A DNA stretch of 64,000 nucleotides from Euglena gracilis (GCA_039621445.1 CP154954.1:24688954-24752953), one strand, 5' to 3'. Positions 1 to 42,304 are shown, counted from the first letter of the stretch. Numbers and translations: made by a program. The notes: a model not told the origin generated them from the letters alone.

Positions 1-894
1 CCTCTGCAACCTTTGCATTGTAGGAGGTTTGAACAATGTTGAAGGGTGTGAGGGCCTCTTGATGTTCTTTGCTTTAATTGTATATAGATTTTTTGTTTGG
101 GCCGAATGCCCCCCAACCATGGTTTTTTCCTGCGCAAGATTTTCCCAGCAGGACAAATCCTGGCTCGAATGCCTAACTGCCACCGCTTGCCTGACCGCCT
201 CCGACCATGGTTTTTTCCTGTGCTGCATCTGGTAACCAGATACAGCACATGGACGTTGCTGGTGGACGGCTCCAACAAAGCTTCAGCCAATCGTTTTTTT
301 TTTGTCGGAATCTTATTTGTCCAAAATTCTGAATTATCAAAAGAACGTGTGATTGCAAGTCGTCACGGACGGTGCCAGCGTCATGACCGGGCTACAGGCA
401 ATGTTGCGGAAGTTGTTCATCCGCGACCTGTTGTTGTTGACCGGGGTGGACGACTGCCACCAACTCCAGCGTGCCGTTGTTCACGCAACGCGACACGAGT
501 GCGTTATGGATCAACGCAGTGTTGCGGGCCTGGCCAGCCAGCAACACTGCGTTGCGCCACTGCCATCCATATGGTTCGCGGCGTTGTGAAGATGTTCCGT
601 AAATCGGACCTTCTAAGCATGCGGCTTGCATCGTTGTCCGATGACGCAACACGCTCCCTAAAAACCATCATCACTTCCCAGGTTCTGCATCCACTCGCTG
701 GTGCGAATATCTGCATTCTGCCTTCTTGGCTGTTTATACTAATTACGGTCCTTTGACAAAAAAACACCTGGGCAGGCACTCATAGGCACTCCGGACCCCC
801 CCCCCGGGGTTGGTAAAAAAATAGCCTGATCTGGTTCACCTGCACTTTTGTGGTGAAACGAAGAAAAGGGGAGAAAGAAAAAGAACGTTGCAAA

Positions 895-1090
895 AACTAA
901 CCCTAACCCGAAATTTTTGTTCTTCAAGGAATGGGGTTCGGGTTAGGGTTAGGGTTCGGGTTGGGGTTAGGGTCACAGTTGACAATTATTTTTCTTAAAA
1001 AAAACAAAAAGAGCAAAAAACATGTTTTTTTTGTTTCCAAAAAAATCAAGCCGTCAACCTTGGTTAGGGTTAGGGTTAGGGTTAGGTTCG
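895..1090. repeat. Interstitial telomere-like (TTAGGG/CCCTAA) tracts
   Basis: ctaaccctaaccc near 896, gggttagggttagggttcgggttggggttaggg near 940-973 and (gttagg)x4 at 1063-1086. Confidence 0.85.
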
Positions 1091-1437
1091 ACACTGCCGT
1101 TTGGGGGTCGTGGTTTTGGGGGTGGAGGTCGTACAGCGAACAAGTACCCAAAAAAAGGTGCGTTGGGCAGAACAAGAAGATAGTGATGAGTTGTAGAAAT
1201 GCATTTTGAAAACAACCCTTTTTGGCATTTTTTTTAAAAAAATAAGCATATTTTTGTTGCTTTTTTTTAAAAAAAAAAAATGTTTTTTAAAAAATGCCAG
1301 CATGGTGCCCATAATGGTGTTCATCGATTTCAAAGCTGTGCAAAGAAAAGTTAGGTGAATTGGGGCGTGCTCATTGGTGGCAGTTTACATTATTTTGCAT
1401 ATGCACACCAGCTTGTTTACTGTCATTTTTTAGTTGA

Positions 1438-1505
1438 AGTGCAGTTTTTTGCAGTTTTTTGCAGTTTTTTGCAGTTTTTTGCAGTTTTTTGCAGTGCAGT
1501 TTTTG
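1438..1505. repeat. 10-bp tandem repeat (GCAGTTTTTT)
   Basis: About 6 direct copies visible. Confidence 0.9.
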
Positions 1506-2190
1506 ACCGCCCCGTGTGCAGTTTCTCCACCCCCCTGCCAGCCTCTTTTTGGGGGTCCAGCCCAAAATTTTTCGGCGCTTTGCGCAGAAATTTTTCGAAA
1601 AACTGTGCTCAAAAGTGGCCAAAAATGGGGTTTGGGGGGCGTTTGGGCCATTTTTGGGGGGTTTCAGATGCATCATTTTTTCAAAACTGTGTTCTGTAGG
1701 ACATTTTTGGGCATTTTTCCGATTTCAGTCCAGCTCGCCCCGGTTCGGGTCCAGCCAGGGTCCAGCCCCCCCCCCCGGGGGGGGGGGGGGGGGGGGGCTA
1801 GCCAGCCCAAATTTCTAGCCCTAGCCCAGCAACCCCCCCCCCGGGGTCCTTAAAGAGATGTATGACATGAAGGCAAAGAAGGTTTGCCAGTGGCTTTTTT
1901 GGTAAGACCTTATTTTTCATCAGTTTGCGGGGTCAGTCACAGGGGTTTCGCAACTCGGCAACGTTTTTTTTTCGGAGGGTCAAAGATGTGAAATTTGCAC
2001 CGTTCCCCCGGTGCCACCACTGGAAAAATGTGAAAATCTGAAGTGTCGCCCAAGTTGCTTGGGGAAAAATACAAACGGAAAATCACATCATCAAAAACAA
2101 AATCAAAAACAAACAAATTCAAATTCAAAAATCAAAGACAAAACAAGAACAAAAATAAAATTAGACACCCGGGAGGGGGGGCATTGGGAG

Positions 2191-4592
2191 ACCCGACTGG
2201 CGGTACCGCCGCCGCTGCGGCCGACGGGGACGACGACGCCAGCTTCCCCCAGGCCCCGGTGGCGGGGTTGGGGCCGGCCGGTTTAGGCCAACCCTGGGCA
2301 CCGCTGCGGCTGCCCTCTCCCCTTCGCATGAGGTGAAGGTGAAGGTGAAGGGTGGGTGTGATCTACAAAAAAAAACAGTCTCTGGCCAAGAATTCGACCT
2401 GCAGCGCGTGACGTTGAAGAGCTGGTAGCATGACCCCTGGTTCTGGGCGGTCCTTTGGTGGTTAGAGGTTTGTGTGCCCCCACCTCAAACGCTGCTCCCG
2501 ATATAACTCCCCCCGGGTGTGTGGCCCCCCTCCTCCTTCCATTCAAACTTGGCGCCCCTAAAGTTGGCCTTCGGCCTTTTGCACATTGCCGCCAAAGTCA
2601 TTAACATGCAAACTTGACCCCCCCCCCTAAGGTTGGCCCCTGGCTTTACCTTCAATCATGGCCCAAGCCAAGCGCCCGGGGGGAGGGGTGACAATCAGTT
2701 TTCCATTCTTTCCTCCAACTCTTCAGAAATGAAAGCAATTTCCAGCTCATGGTTTCTTGATTCTGCGCCTGTTTGTGAGTAAATTCAGTGTTGCCGTCCA
2801 TGCCCCCAAACCAGAGATCAGGTCGAAAATCGAAGTCGTAAACGAGTTAATTGTTTTTTCTCCGAAAGTGCCTCCACATAGACACCTGTGGGATCCTGGT
2901 ATTCATTCATTAAAGAAAGGGTGGGCAGAACTGCACAATCTTGCTTTTTTTCAGAGTGACTGTTACTTTTTGGCTCAAACCCCTCCCCCTCCCCCAGGAA
3001 GGGAGGTTGTCAAAAGCCACCAAAGCAAAAGGCGCTGAAAGCGCCAGAAAGAATTCATTCCGGACATTTTCTTCCCATTTGTGCTAATTTCCCTTGGATT
3101 CCAGAGGGACCGATCGGGGGGTCCCGACTGGTTTTTAGAAAAGAGCGACCGGTTTTCGGAAGGGTGGAAGTGCCCCCCCTTCCTCCTCCAAGCGCCTCCC
3201 CGCAGGACCACGACTGGGTATACAATCACTCAGTCATTGGCCGACCCCGGGGGGGGGGGGGGGGGGTGACTGGTTTGAAGAGTGGAGTGACCCCCCGGGG
3301 GTAAAAAAAAATTTGTATGGACCCGGGGCCTGCCCCATCAGCCACCACATCCTGTCGGAGGACGACGAGACGTGTTCGTCCCTGTCCCAGGCGAGCCACG
3401 CCCGGCCACGGATGCGGCGCAGCACGCTGCTGACGTTCCGCGTCCGAGCGACGCCGCTGACCCCCAAGCGGCAGAGCGGCCCAGCCGCCCAGCCATTCAG
3501 CTACCGGATCGCCACCGTGGGCTCTCCCAGCAATTTCCCCCCCCCAACCCTTTCTCTCCCTATTTGAACCTCCCAAGCAGGGGTTTTTTTAGTCTTGGAC
3601 CCCCTCCCCTGGAGGGAGGGGGGGGGGCAGGGTGGGTGGGTCCCATGGACCCCCTCCCCCCCAGTGGGCTGGTGAGTATATCTTTTTCGGCGCCAAAGGC
3701 ACCGAAAATTTTGAAAACGGTGCTATTTTTAGCAGTTTTGGCCGTTTTCGGGCAAAAGTAGGTGGGTCCCCCGGGACCCCCCCCCACCTCCCCCAGAGGG
3801 GCCCCACCCCAGGGGGTGGGCGGGTGGGTGCCAACCCCCTCCCCCCCCCAGTCTTAAAAAAACCCCTGCTCCCAAGTACCAATGCCAACATATGAAACAG
3901 CCCATTTGATGCCGATTTATCGATCAAATAACCCGTGAATTTGCATCTTGAAAACTCTTGATTTTGGTGGATTGGGGTCCGGTTTTTGAATTACGTGTGG
4001 CACACCGACCCTCCGTTTGTTGAGTTTAACAATTGTATGGTGATGAACACCTGGATGGATGGTGCATTGTTCTGGGGTTTTTGGCATGTCGCCGAGTTGT
4101 GAAACCCCCGGGATTACCCTCCCCGAAGTGAAAAAAATTGACAAAAATATAAAAAACCCCGGAACCCTCTTTCCTGCGTAACAACTACCAGCACCAGGTG
4201 GTTTTCTGGAGGTGGGGTGGCAGGTCCACCCCTTCGCTTGCTTTCTGAAGCCCTGCACCACTTAGGCGGCGTAGCTCGCGCTTATGTGTGTGATCTGTGG
4301 GAATCAGGTCCAGGTGGGCCCATCCGCCAGCGTGGCATACGTTCCCGAGCCCAAAGCGTCCTCCATGCTGCACAGCACCCACCTCAAGAGGGGTAGCCTC
4401 GGTTTCCCTGCCATGGATCATGTCAATCCCCCCGACCAGCCTGATTTGTCCTGCACGCTGTTGCCCTCCCCCTTTCCGCCATTCAGGCTGCCCTCAGCCC
4501 TGTGGCACAAGAAGACCTGCCAGAGCCGGAGTATTATATCTGAGCCACCGACCGGTCTTCACCCCTGCCAGTTTTTAATTCCGTGCCATTGA
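2191..4592 (+). CDS. Hypothetical protein, 3' exons of a spliced gene (exons ~2191-2332, 3342-3516, 4308-4592)
   Basis: GC-rich islands joined in frame by GT-AG introns 2333-3341 (ATG AG|C CAC) and 3517-4307 (ACC|GTC). Stop at 4590-4592. No recognisable domain; 5' end not located. Confidence 0.55.
3578..3868. mobile_element. MITE with CAGGGGTTTTTTT TIR and 8-bp TSD
   Basis: Ends CAGGGGTTTTTTTAG / CTTAAAAAAACCCCTG; CTCCCAAG on both sides; sister copy at 30269-30558. Confidence 0.9.
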
Positions 4593-4930
4593 GTGGCGTT
4601 TTGGCCACTTCTATCAGTGTTTGCTGCACAGCCCAATTGAATCTCCATTCCATCTCTCCGACCCTTCTTCCCCCTGGGATCGAAGTCCTGCCGAACCCCA
4701 CACTGGACCACCAGGGCTGGACTCCGGGGTTGTTGGGGGGCTGGATTCCCATGCCCAGCCTGAGTTTCTTGAGTGGTCCTTGAAGGGAGTTATGGTGGTG
4801 GTGCGGCAGCAGCCACCATGGCAACAGTGGGATGGATAGGGACAGTGCCGTGGGGTTGCTTCTTCCACACGCTGCTTCTTCCAAACGCTGGGGCACAGTT
4901 GAGATGCTGCCAATAGACTCTCCCCCAGAT

Positions 4931-19590
<14,660 letters not shown>

Positions 19591-19810
19591 GGAAGAGTTA
19601 GCCCGAGGAACATGTGATGGGCCATTTATCAAAAATACACAATGTGGTGTCCCTTAAACCACAAGAAGGAGAAGAAGAAGAAGAAGAAGAAGAAGAGGCG
19701 GAGGAGGGGGAAGAGGAGGAGGTGGTGGTGGTGGAGGAGGAGGAGGATGAGGGGGAAGAGGAAGGAACACTGCACTTTGCCCACCTATTTGTCCAACCGT
19801 TGCCATCACC

Positions 19811-19831
19811 CTCTCCTCCTTCTCCCCGCAG
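19811..19831 (+). promoter_or_regulatory. Polypyrimidine tract + AG, putative spliced-leader trans-splice acceptor
   Basis: ctctcctccttctccccgcag ending 20 nt before ATG 19852. Confidence 0.55.
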
Positions 19832-19851
19832 CCCCTCCACTCGGCCGGGCG

Positions 19852-33877
<14,026 letters not shown>

Positions 33878-35087
33878 GGGGGCAGGGCGGACTGCCTGGC
33901 CACTGTGAGGCCGCCCCCGCGTGTCAGGGGGAGGCGGGCGGCCCAGGCAGCGATGATTGGCGCCGGAGGCGGTGGCTCCCGAGGGCTGCCTGTCTGACCC
34001 CTCTGCGCGTGTGTCCACGCGTCATGACCCTGCACTGGTCCCCGCAGCAGGCTTTTTTGAATCCTCCAAAGGGCGGTGGTCCTCATACCGTTTGTTTGGA
34101 AATTTTCAGCCAGCCCGCAGGGTTTTACCCGAGGTTGGACCCAAGGAAAGGATTGGTTGCTCCGTCCGTCGAAACCAGGATGTCGCTTAAGCCGGAGCGG
34201 GGGGTGTTGAAGCTAGCCAGCAGCCTTTTTCCAGCCTCTGACCCCCTTCCCCCTATGGACGTTTTTATTTGCGTTTATTTATTGGACGGCAATGGATCTT
34301 TCGCTTTCGGAGGTGCAAGAATGGGTCAAAAATGGGCGAAATTGGGTCGGAAGAGGGCTGGCCAGTGCAAATTTAGGGTCAAAAAATGATTTTAACAACC
34401 GGTGGTTTTGGGGGCATTTCTCAGTTTCGATTTTTTGGGTGGAAACCCCTCTCCTGGCCCGAGGGGAGTGACTCAAAGCGCTGGAGGGGCGGTTTGAGTT
34501 TCTGTTTCCCGGCGCAAACCATCGCATTCCCAGACCCACCCCGGTCCAAAACGTGCCCCACGGGGCTGCGGTCCCCCCCCTCCTTTAAAGGAGGAAACAA
34601 AAGGCCCCACGATGCGCGTCATCCCGTCCCACCTTCCAAACCGACCGCCCGGCCGCAGGGACCCCAGGGTCCGCCAAAGGAAGCCTGCCCACCGCCGCTG
34701 CACTCCGCCCCGGCTGTCCCTGACCCACACCCACACCCACACCCACACCAGGATTCCATTTAAGGGTTCACAGTGCCTCTGGGGGGGAGGGGGGGCTCGC
34801 CTGCAGGTAGTCCAAATTTGGTCAGCGGAAATGCTAGTGGACCCCGGGAGGGTCTGCCTGAAGCTATCGAGTGGAAAGTATTTTTCTCCGGTTTTTTTTG
34901 TCCCAGTGACCGGGGCAAAGCTCTGTAATTTTTTTTCATCCCCAAAACCTGTGCAGCGTCGGGGAATTTTTTCCGGTCAGTAAACCCCTGTACCGTCCTG
35001 GGGGGGAGTCTAGCTATTGGCTTTTTACTGGTGGCTCATAGCCAGTGGATCCCCACAGGTTTTTCAGCAAAAGCCTCACACACACAA

Positions 35088-36746
35088 CAGGGCGGTCCAT
35101 AAGGGACGGATTTTTTTTTTAGTTAAGGACCGCCCCTTAAGGACCGCCCCCCCCCCCAATACACAGAAACCCGAAAAATTGGACCCGAAAAAAAATTCCA
35201 GCGCCTTCGGCGCCGGGTGTTTGTTTTGACCCATTTCGGGACCCATATAGGAGGTCCCCCCAAAAACCCCTCAAAAACCCCATTTTTTCACACCTTCCAA
35301 AAATTCAACATTTTCTCAAAAATTTAGTTTTAAGAGTTTTTTGAAGCAAAAAAAGCCATTGAAAATCCAAAAAAATTCCAAGGGAAAAAATGTCAGTAAA
35401 ATTTCGATTGTGCCAAAATTTGGTCCACTTTTTTTTAACCTTCGCTTTTTTCACCCCCCTCCTAAAAACTACCAAATTTAACCCTGAGATCTTTGAGATT
35501 TTTTTGTGAAAAAAATGTGGTTTTCCATCAAAAAATCATGTACCGTGTGGGGGAAAAAATTGGAGGCCGAAAAATTGATTGGGAAAAAAATGGCGTACAG
35601 AAATCAGGGGGGGGGGAATGCGTTTCGCATTTTTTCGCATTCTTTGCGCATTTTTTCAAATTTTCCAAAAATGCGCATTTTTGCGCTTTTTTTCGCATTT
35701 TTTGCGCATTTTTTTCATTTTTTTCAGCGCATTTTTTTGCTTTTTGGCACATTTTTTCATGATTTTCCAAAATTTTCGCATTTTTTTGACCATTTTTGCA
35801 ATTTTTTGCAAAAATTTGAAATTTTCGACTTTTTTTGAAACTTACATTTTCCTCATTATTCTACATAATTTCTTCAAATTTGGTGCCATTTTTGCATGTT
35901 TTTGGGTAATTTTTGCATTTTCGTGATTTTTGTGCATTTTTCCTCGGATTTTGCACATTTTTGCGCATTTTTTCCAAAAATGCGCATTTTTTGCACATTT
36001 TTTTGCGCATTTTTTTGCGCATTTTTTCCGAGGCCGGGCGAGCGCATTTTCCCCCCCCCTGCAGAAATCCTGTCAATTTTTTCCGGCCCTTTTTTGAAAA
36101 TCGTGCCAATTTTTTCCCATTTTCCCCCACTTTTTTTGGTTGCCATGGAAGAAATCTTGCCATAACTGGACGTTTTCACATAAAAAATCCTGCCAATTTT
36201 TTCCGGGTCGTTTTCAGGTTTGGCACCAATCTAGCCCCAAATTCCCCCCCCCGGGATTTTGGGTTCATTTTTCAAAAACATTTCAATTTTTTTTCAGCCC
36301 AAATCCCCCGTTTTTCCGAAATTGGTGAAAATGCTGCCCAAAATGTTGCCCAAACCCCCCCAAACCCCATTTTTTCCACACCTTCTAAAATTTCAACATT
36401 TCTCAAAATTTTGATTTTGAGAAATTTTTGAAGCAAAAAATACCACTGAAAATCCAAAAAAATTCCGAGGGAAAAAATGTCAGTAAAATTTGAATGTTCC
36501 AAAATTTGGTCCCACTTTTTGACCTGCATTTTTTTGACCGCCCTCCTAAAAACTAACAATTTTCAGCCCTAAAATTTTGGAGATTTTTTTGGGAAAAAAT
36601 GTGATTTTCCATCAAAAAACCATGTATTTTGGGTTCATTTTTCAAAAAAATTTTTAAAAAAATTTCCCCGGCCAATATCCCCTTTTCCTTATTTTTTGGT
36701 TGAGTGTATGGGGACAGGATTTTTTTTTTGCTTAAAGACCGCCCTG
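35088..36746. mobile_element. Larger non-autonomous TIR element with a nested MITE
   Basis: CAGGGCGGTCCATAAG / CTTAAAGACCGCCCTG; ACACACAA vs ACACACCA; internal duplicated AT-rich block. Confidence 0.75.
35605..36061. mobile_element. MITE with 7-bp TSD
   Basis: CAG(G)nAATGCG / CGCATTTT(C)nTG; CAGAAAT on both sides. Confidence 0.88.
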
Positions 36747-36803
36747 ACACACCAACACACACGGGAGCATTGAAAAGAGGTTCCCGGGAATTCCAAGAAG
36801 GGA

Positions 36804-39800
36804 TCAACCAAGAATGAGGTTGGGTTCTTTTGGGCCAGGCGCATGAATGACGTCCAGGCCTGCCACCCCGTGAGCGGTAGAGAGGGGGGTCGGGGCCCGG
36901 ATGGAGGCGGTGGGGCTTCCCTCCGAGGGCGGCGGTGCGATGCACTGGTCGGCTGGGATCAAGGAGGACTCAGAAGTGAACGGCCGGAGCCAGGACTGCC
37001 CCCACCGCGCCATGAGAGCCCCCCTGAAAAAATTAGCTTTAAAAATAAAAATAAAACCTAAATTTAATTAGGCCACCAATTGCATTGGTTGGTCGTCCGG
37101 GGGGTGAAAAGAACAGGGGTTACAAATTAAAAAATTGTCCGTGAAAATGAAACACCCCCAAAATGATCAAATATCCTCAAATTCACTAATTTTGAGAAAT
37201 TTGTTCACAGTCTTCATGGTGGGCAATTACGCAATCACATCAAAAAAAGACATTTCGTTTGGGCTCTGCAGTCACTTTCACTTTCTTTACCACGGTCTCG
37301 GGGGGGGGGATAATGCTTTCACACTTTATTTCGGTTCACATTTGTTACCCTGTCTATCCTTTGGATGATTGTTGGTGTGACTTTTGCAATTGCGCAACGT
37401 TGGGTTGTTGGTTGGAAGTTGTTGACCAACCCCAGAATAAGCACGTCTTAAAACCCCAAGTTGTGGGTCCATTTGCTTTGATGAAAATCTCGTCCGAAAA
37501 CCTTCCTGTGGGAGGGACCCAGAACGGACCCAAAAGCAAGATTTTCGCTGCAAAATTCTGTACATAAATGCTGTTTTGAGCACATAAAGAAAGTGGTTTG
37601 AACAAAAAAAGCATAAAAAACACCACCTTTGGGACACTTGCACAGCATAAACACTGTTTTTTTCGGGTTTTTTTTGGAAAATCCGGAGGCTATTTATTCT
37701 TGTTGAGGAGTGGCTTCGACCTCTGGAGGGGCAGCTGGCTTAACCATTTCCCCCCAAAATGTATTCGGCAGTGTGAAATGCCGCTGCCGTGCTACGAACT
37801 CCACTCGCTCACCATTTTCCTTCCGGGACTCGGCTTCCTCCCGAGACCCCCTCCCCCCCACCCCACTGCCGCCCCCCCCCTCCCCCAGCCGCCGTGGGCG
37901 GTCCTGGTGGGCGGCTCCGGCTCCCCGGCGGGGCCCACCCCGGGGCGGCGGTGGGGCTCGCGACGCGCAGGCCCGTCGCGAACTGCGCCATGCGCTCCCG
38001 GGCGGAGGGGGCGGTGAGGGGGCGGCCCTCCGGGGCTTCCGGGGCGGCGCAGGCGGAGGTGGAGGCGGCGGGGGACGTCGCGGAGGAGGGCGGCGGCGGG
38101 CTGCCGAGGCGGCCGCTGTCCTCGGAGAGGAGGGGGGGCAGCCCCATGCTGGGGATGCTGGACGTGGCGGGGGCGGACCCCCGCCAGGGCAATTTGGGGG
38201 TTTATGGGGTGGCGTAGCGGGCAATAGTGACGCGATACTACCCCCCTCCTCGGGGGGGTAGTATACAAACTCCCTGGGGCTTCCATCCAGGGGAAAGCAT
38301 CTGGGGGGGGTTGCATTTTGGGGTAGTGCACGCTGCCCCTCCTGCTGCGGGCTGACGTGCGCCAATATGCACAGTCCGGTGTCGCAAACATGCCTGCACA
38401 AAAACGAGAAAACGAAAAAAAGAGAGACACTCTCCTGCGGAAGCATTTTGTTCCGACCCCTCCATTTTGCACGGAAAAAAAAAAGGTTCAAAAAAGAGTG
38501 GCGTCAGAAACACATCAAACACGGGCGGCAGCAGGAGGAATTGCAAGCTGCCTGGTGTAGCGGCGGGGGACCGGCCAGCGCCGGGTAGCATGGTAGCGCC
38601 AGACCTCGGCCGGCGCTGCTTACCCCTCGGCCGGGGCCGGCCCACCCCCTCTGCGGCGGTGAAGAATGGAGCACGCCAGGCGGGGGCAGGGCCGCTCAAG
38701 TTGCTCGGGGAGGTCAGTCTGCCCCTCCCCTCAACCCCACCAGCCAGCCTGGCACTTCATGCGTTCCGTGCACGCAGCCCAAGCTGAGCTCGGGTCACGG
38801 GTCACGGGTCACGGGCTTTGTGTGGTGGGCCATCCAAAGCCAAACCCAAACCCCACACGACGCGGGGGTCGCCCCGCAATGTCGGGCCCCAGATTCGACG
38901 TCTGGGCAGAATTAAGAAAAAAACTGTGGGGTTTATGTTTGGCCTGAAATTCGAAAAAATGAAAGTGATTCAGTCCTGATAATGTTTTCACTGACATCAG
39001 TTTGGGAGTAGTTAATTTCTTATTGGTATAAAAATACCCGAAAAAACTTTTTTAATAACTGTGAAAGAAAGCACTCAACCACCAGAAATAATTTGGTCTT
39101 TTTCTAAAATTATACAATTCACACAGTTGCCAACTTGAGCACCCTGGAGGGCTAGACATTTGGGATCCATGCTTGAGGAATTTGTTGTGTGAAAGGAGTT
39201 TCTTTGGGACCCGGGGAGGGGTTCCAGCAAGCCTACTGGAAAAAGATATTGGCTGGAAAACAAATCCTGGCTGAACCCCAAGGGACAGGAGCTGGGGGGT
39301 CTTACCGGCTACTGGGCGGGACCTGGTTCCGAAAAAGGTTTAAAAAAAGCCCAAATTCCGCTGGATTGCAATTTTTCAGACAAAAGCAGAGGGAAAATAT
39401 TTAACCACTTTTGGCCATTTTGGCCATTTTGGCCACACTTAGCGATTTCGACATATCGCACAGGCAAAAGCCAAGAGTCATTGAGGGGTTCCCCTGAGGA
39501 GCCCCTGGGCGTGGGAGAGGGCGAGGGTCCAGCTGGGTAGAAGCTCGTCGTGCAGCCGCGGAGGGAGGGCGGTAACAGTCTCACACGGCAGGGCAAGCAC
39601 CGGGCTTGGTTCCCGCCTTGGAATGCCCTGTCATGCATGCCGCACGCACCACACTGGCTGTGGACGCGTGGCTGAGGACATTTAACCCTGCCCCAGGAGA
39701 GAGAAACCACAAGGGGATTATATATATATATATATATATGTGTGTATATAATATAATATATGATATATATTATATATTGCTATATATATTGATATCATAT

Positions 39801-40476
39801 ATTGATAATACAGTATCAGTGATCCCCATCTCCCCATCACGACATGGGGGATATCCTACAAAGCACAACACGATACATGGGTTGACACAAGGAAAAGCAT
39901 CCTGGGATCATGCCCTCAAGCCGGGTGCTCTCCGACTTGGGCCGGCGGAGCGTGGGAGAAGTGACGGTGGAGGCCTCCTGGGTGATGGGGTTGAACACCC
40001 GCGTGGTGCGGCTGACCACTGCCGGCGCCGCCCCCGCGCTTTCAAACCAACGCGGCAATTCAGCCCAGCCGTGTGCATTGCCCCAACCCGGGGGGGCAAT
40101 GCTCATGTGCCCACATCGCACGCGATTTCCGAGTGACTCGAAACATGAAAATCAAACTTGAAACACACACAAGAAGAAGGAGCGATTTGGAAGACCAAAA
40201 GGGGAGGGCTGGCGAAAGTTTCATGCAAAAAATGCAATCTTATGACTTTTTTTACTATTTTGTGTGGAAGAAGTTTTTGGCAGAAATGACCCAGAAGTTG
40301 GCAATGATTGAAAGATGCGTTCGGGACAAACTAACCTTAACACTGTTGTGTGAGCACAAAATCATTTCGACGAGGGCAAACAGGGGAGTGGCGGGTGGGA
40401 GAGACGGGGGGAGGGACTCCTCGCTGGGGAATGGGAGGGCGTCCGGGTACCGCACGCGCGGGCACCGAAGGGCCAT
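36804..40476 (-). CDS. Hypothetical Pro/Ser/Ala-rich protein. Exons 40476-40418, 40038-39908, 39688-39462, 39322-39306, 38718-~38560, ~38140-37890, ~36995-36804 (possibly one more near 34685-34620)
   Basis: ATG after a pyrimidine tract-AG (40545-40526). Four consecutive in-frame junctions (three GT-AG, one nonconventional); later junctions unresolved. No known domain. Confidence 0.6.
39689..39907 (-). other. Probable nonconventional intron
   Basis: ATGA|tcc-CAGGA...TCCTG-gggca|GG is the only in-frame join found; stem is short. Confidence 0.55.
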
Positions 40477-41799
40477 CACCCGCCCAAGGGCGAAGGGCGA
40501 TGGCCAGCAAGAGACATGCAACGGGCTGCAGGAAAAGGGAAGGGGTGGTGGTGCATGCCACAAGCGTTATTGGCTTTGGGGGTTAGGTTTGTCCAGGAAT
40601 CCAGCCAATGCTTTGGAGGTGAAAGAATGATCGGCTCACTAAAACGAAACCCCATCAGGAAATTAAAGCCAGAACTGACTGCAGTTTGTGCATGTGGAGC
40701 AAATTCAGCACCCCAGAAGAGAGATAACACACCAACACACCGGCATTCTCTCAGAAGCAATCATTTCACAAATCAGTGAAATGAAATCCAGACGAGCTTG
40801 GGAAAGGTCAAGGGGCCAAATGGCGGCAAGGCATCCACCACTTTGCGGACCCCCCCCCCCCCGAGCCCCAGGGCCGAACCTGCCCCCCTCTACCCCTTCC
40901 CCTTCCCCAAGGTGATCTACCAGCAGTTACCGGAGGACCCCGCTACCTTTCCAGGCATGGAGCCCCACCGCCCTGCAGACGACACCCTTTTCAGAGAAAG
41001 GCATACACCGGTGTCTTGGTGAGCGCTTCCGCATCATGATTTCATCTTTTAAAGGATTGAAGGTTCAGAACGAGGGGGTTTCAGAGTTTGACGGCGAGGA
41101 CAACTCAGGTATCATGTTGCCCAACAGGAGGGATCTGTGGTCGCGGAAAAGGCTATGACCCGCAACAGTGGTCTCGATCAGGCGCCCTTTTTCTTAAAGA
41201 GAAGGAGGCTTGCAATTGTAATTGTAAATGTGGAAGACCAGATTGCAAACGATCGACAAACAAAGACGATTGCAAGGATATGAGAATGATATAAGGAGGG
41301 GGATCTCTCCTTGACTGCTGGAGGGGGGGGGTACCACCCCCTCACCTGTTAAGGGGGTCTCGGTCGGACCCCCAAGGGGTACTGGACCCCACAAAGAGGG
41401 CAAAATTTTTCCGGTACTTCACGGGAAAGAAAAACTTTTGGCAATTCTGACAAACTTTTTCTTGAAAAGTGTCCGAAATGGCACCGTGGGTCCATTTTGG
41501 CGGGCAAGGTCCAGTGCAAGACCATTTTCGCCGCGCCACTGTTCAGGTTGGGGGGGTGTTTTTTCTGGCTCTAAAACACATCCAAACGTTTTGACATACT
41601 TTTGATGCTGGAGTTTCCCTGGACGAGGCTGACCCTGCAAGTTGTACCCCTGCGCGACTGTCTCAAAACCTGAAGGGGTTACCTTCCCCCATTGCCCAAT
41701 GAACAGGGGGGTCCGGACCGTCCAGTTTGTCACTTTTACAGCAATACAAATGCCCTCACAACCTATGCCCAATGAACGTCGCAAACCGTGCACGCCGAG

Positions 41800-42304
41800 C
41801 AGGGAATTTCTTAAGGACCCCCCGGGGGGGGGTCCAGCCTCCGGCTGGCAAAAAGGCTGCTGGCTGGATTTGAGCTGCTGGCTGGACCCCCCCCCCCGGG
41901 GGGGGGGGGGGGGGGGGGGGGGGGGTCTGGGGCTGGAGCGGGCTGGGCTGGGCTGGGTCGAGGAAAAACAAAATTTTCTAACACATTTTGGCCATTTTCG
42001 ACATTTTGATGGGTGGAGCTAGATCAAGGCTGGGGGGCTGTGATGGAGGGGCTGTGATGAGGGGGAAAAATGCAGGGATAAGTGAGCTGGACAGCCCAGT
42101 TGGCTGGCCGGCCTGCGGCCGGCTGGGCCGGCCTTCGGCCGGCTGGCCCGGCCTCCGGCCGGGCTGGACCCGACTTTATTTCACTCGACCCCCGGGGGGG
42201 GGGGCTCCCAGCCCGAATTTGGGCTGCTGGCTGGATTTGAGCTGCTGGCTGGCTGGACCCCCCCCCCGGGGGGTAGGGTACCCTCCGGCTTAAGAAATTC
42301 CCTG
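41800..42304. mobile_element. Young MITE with perfect 16-bp TIR and 8-bp TSD (7/8)
   Basis: CAGGGAATTTCTTAAG / CTTAAGAAATTCCCTG; ACGCCGAG vs TCGCCGAG. Confidence 0.92.

Noticed and set aside
97-756. 219-aa ORF as a gene or transposase
   Set aside because: No recognisable motif or splice context.
37789-38787. Plus-strand reading of GC-rich islands (MRSRAEG..., LPGVAAGD...)
   Set aside because: Splice-site phases chain on the minus strand instead.
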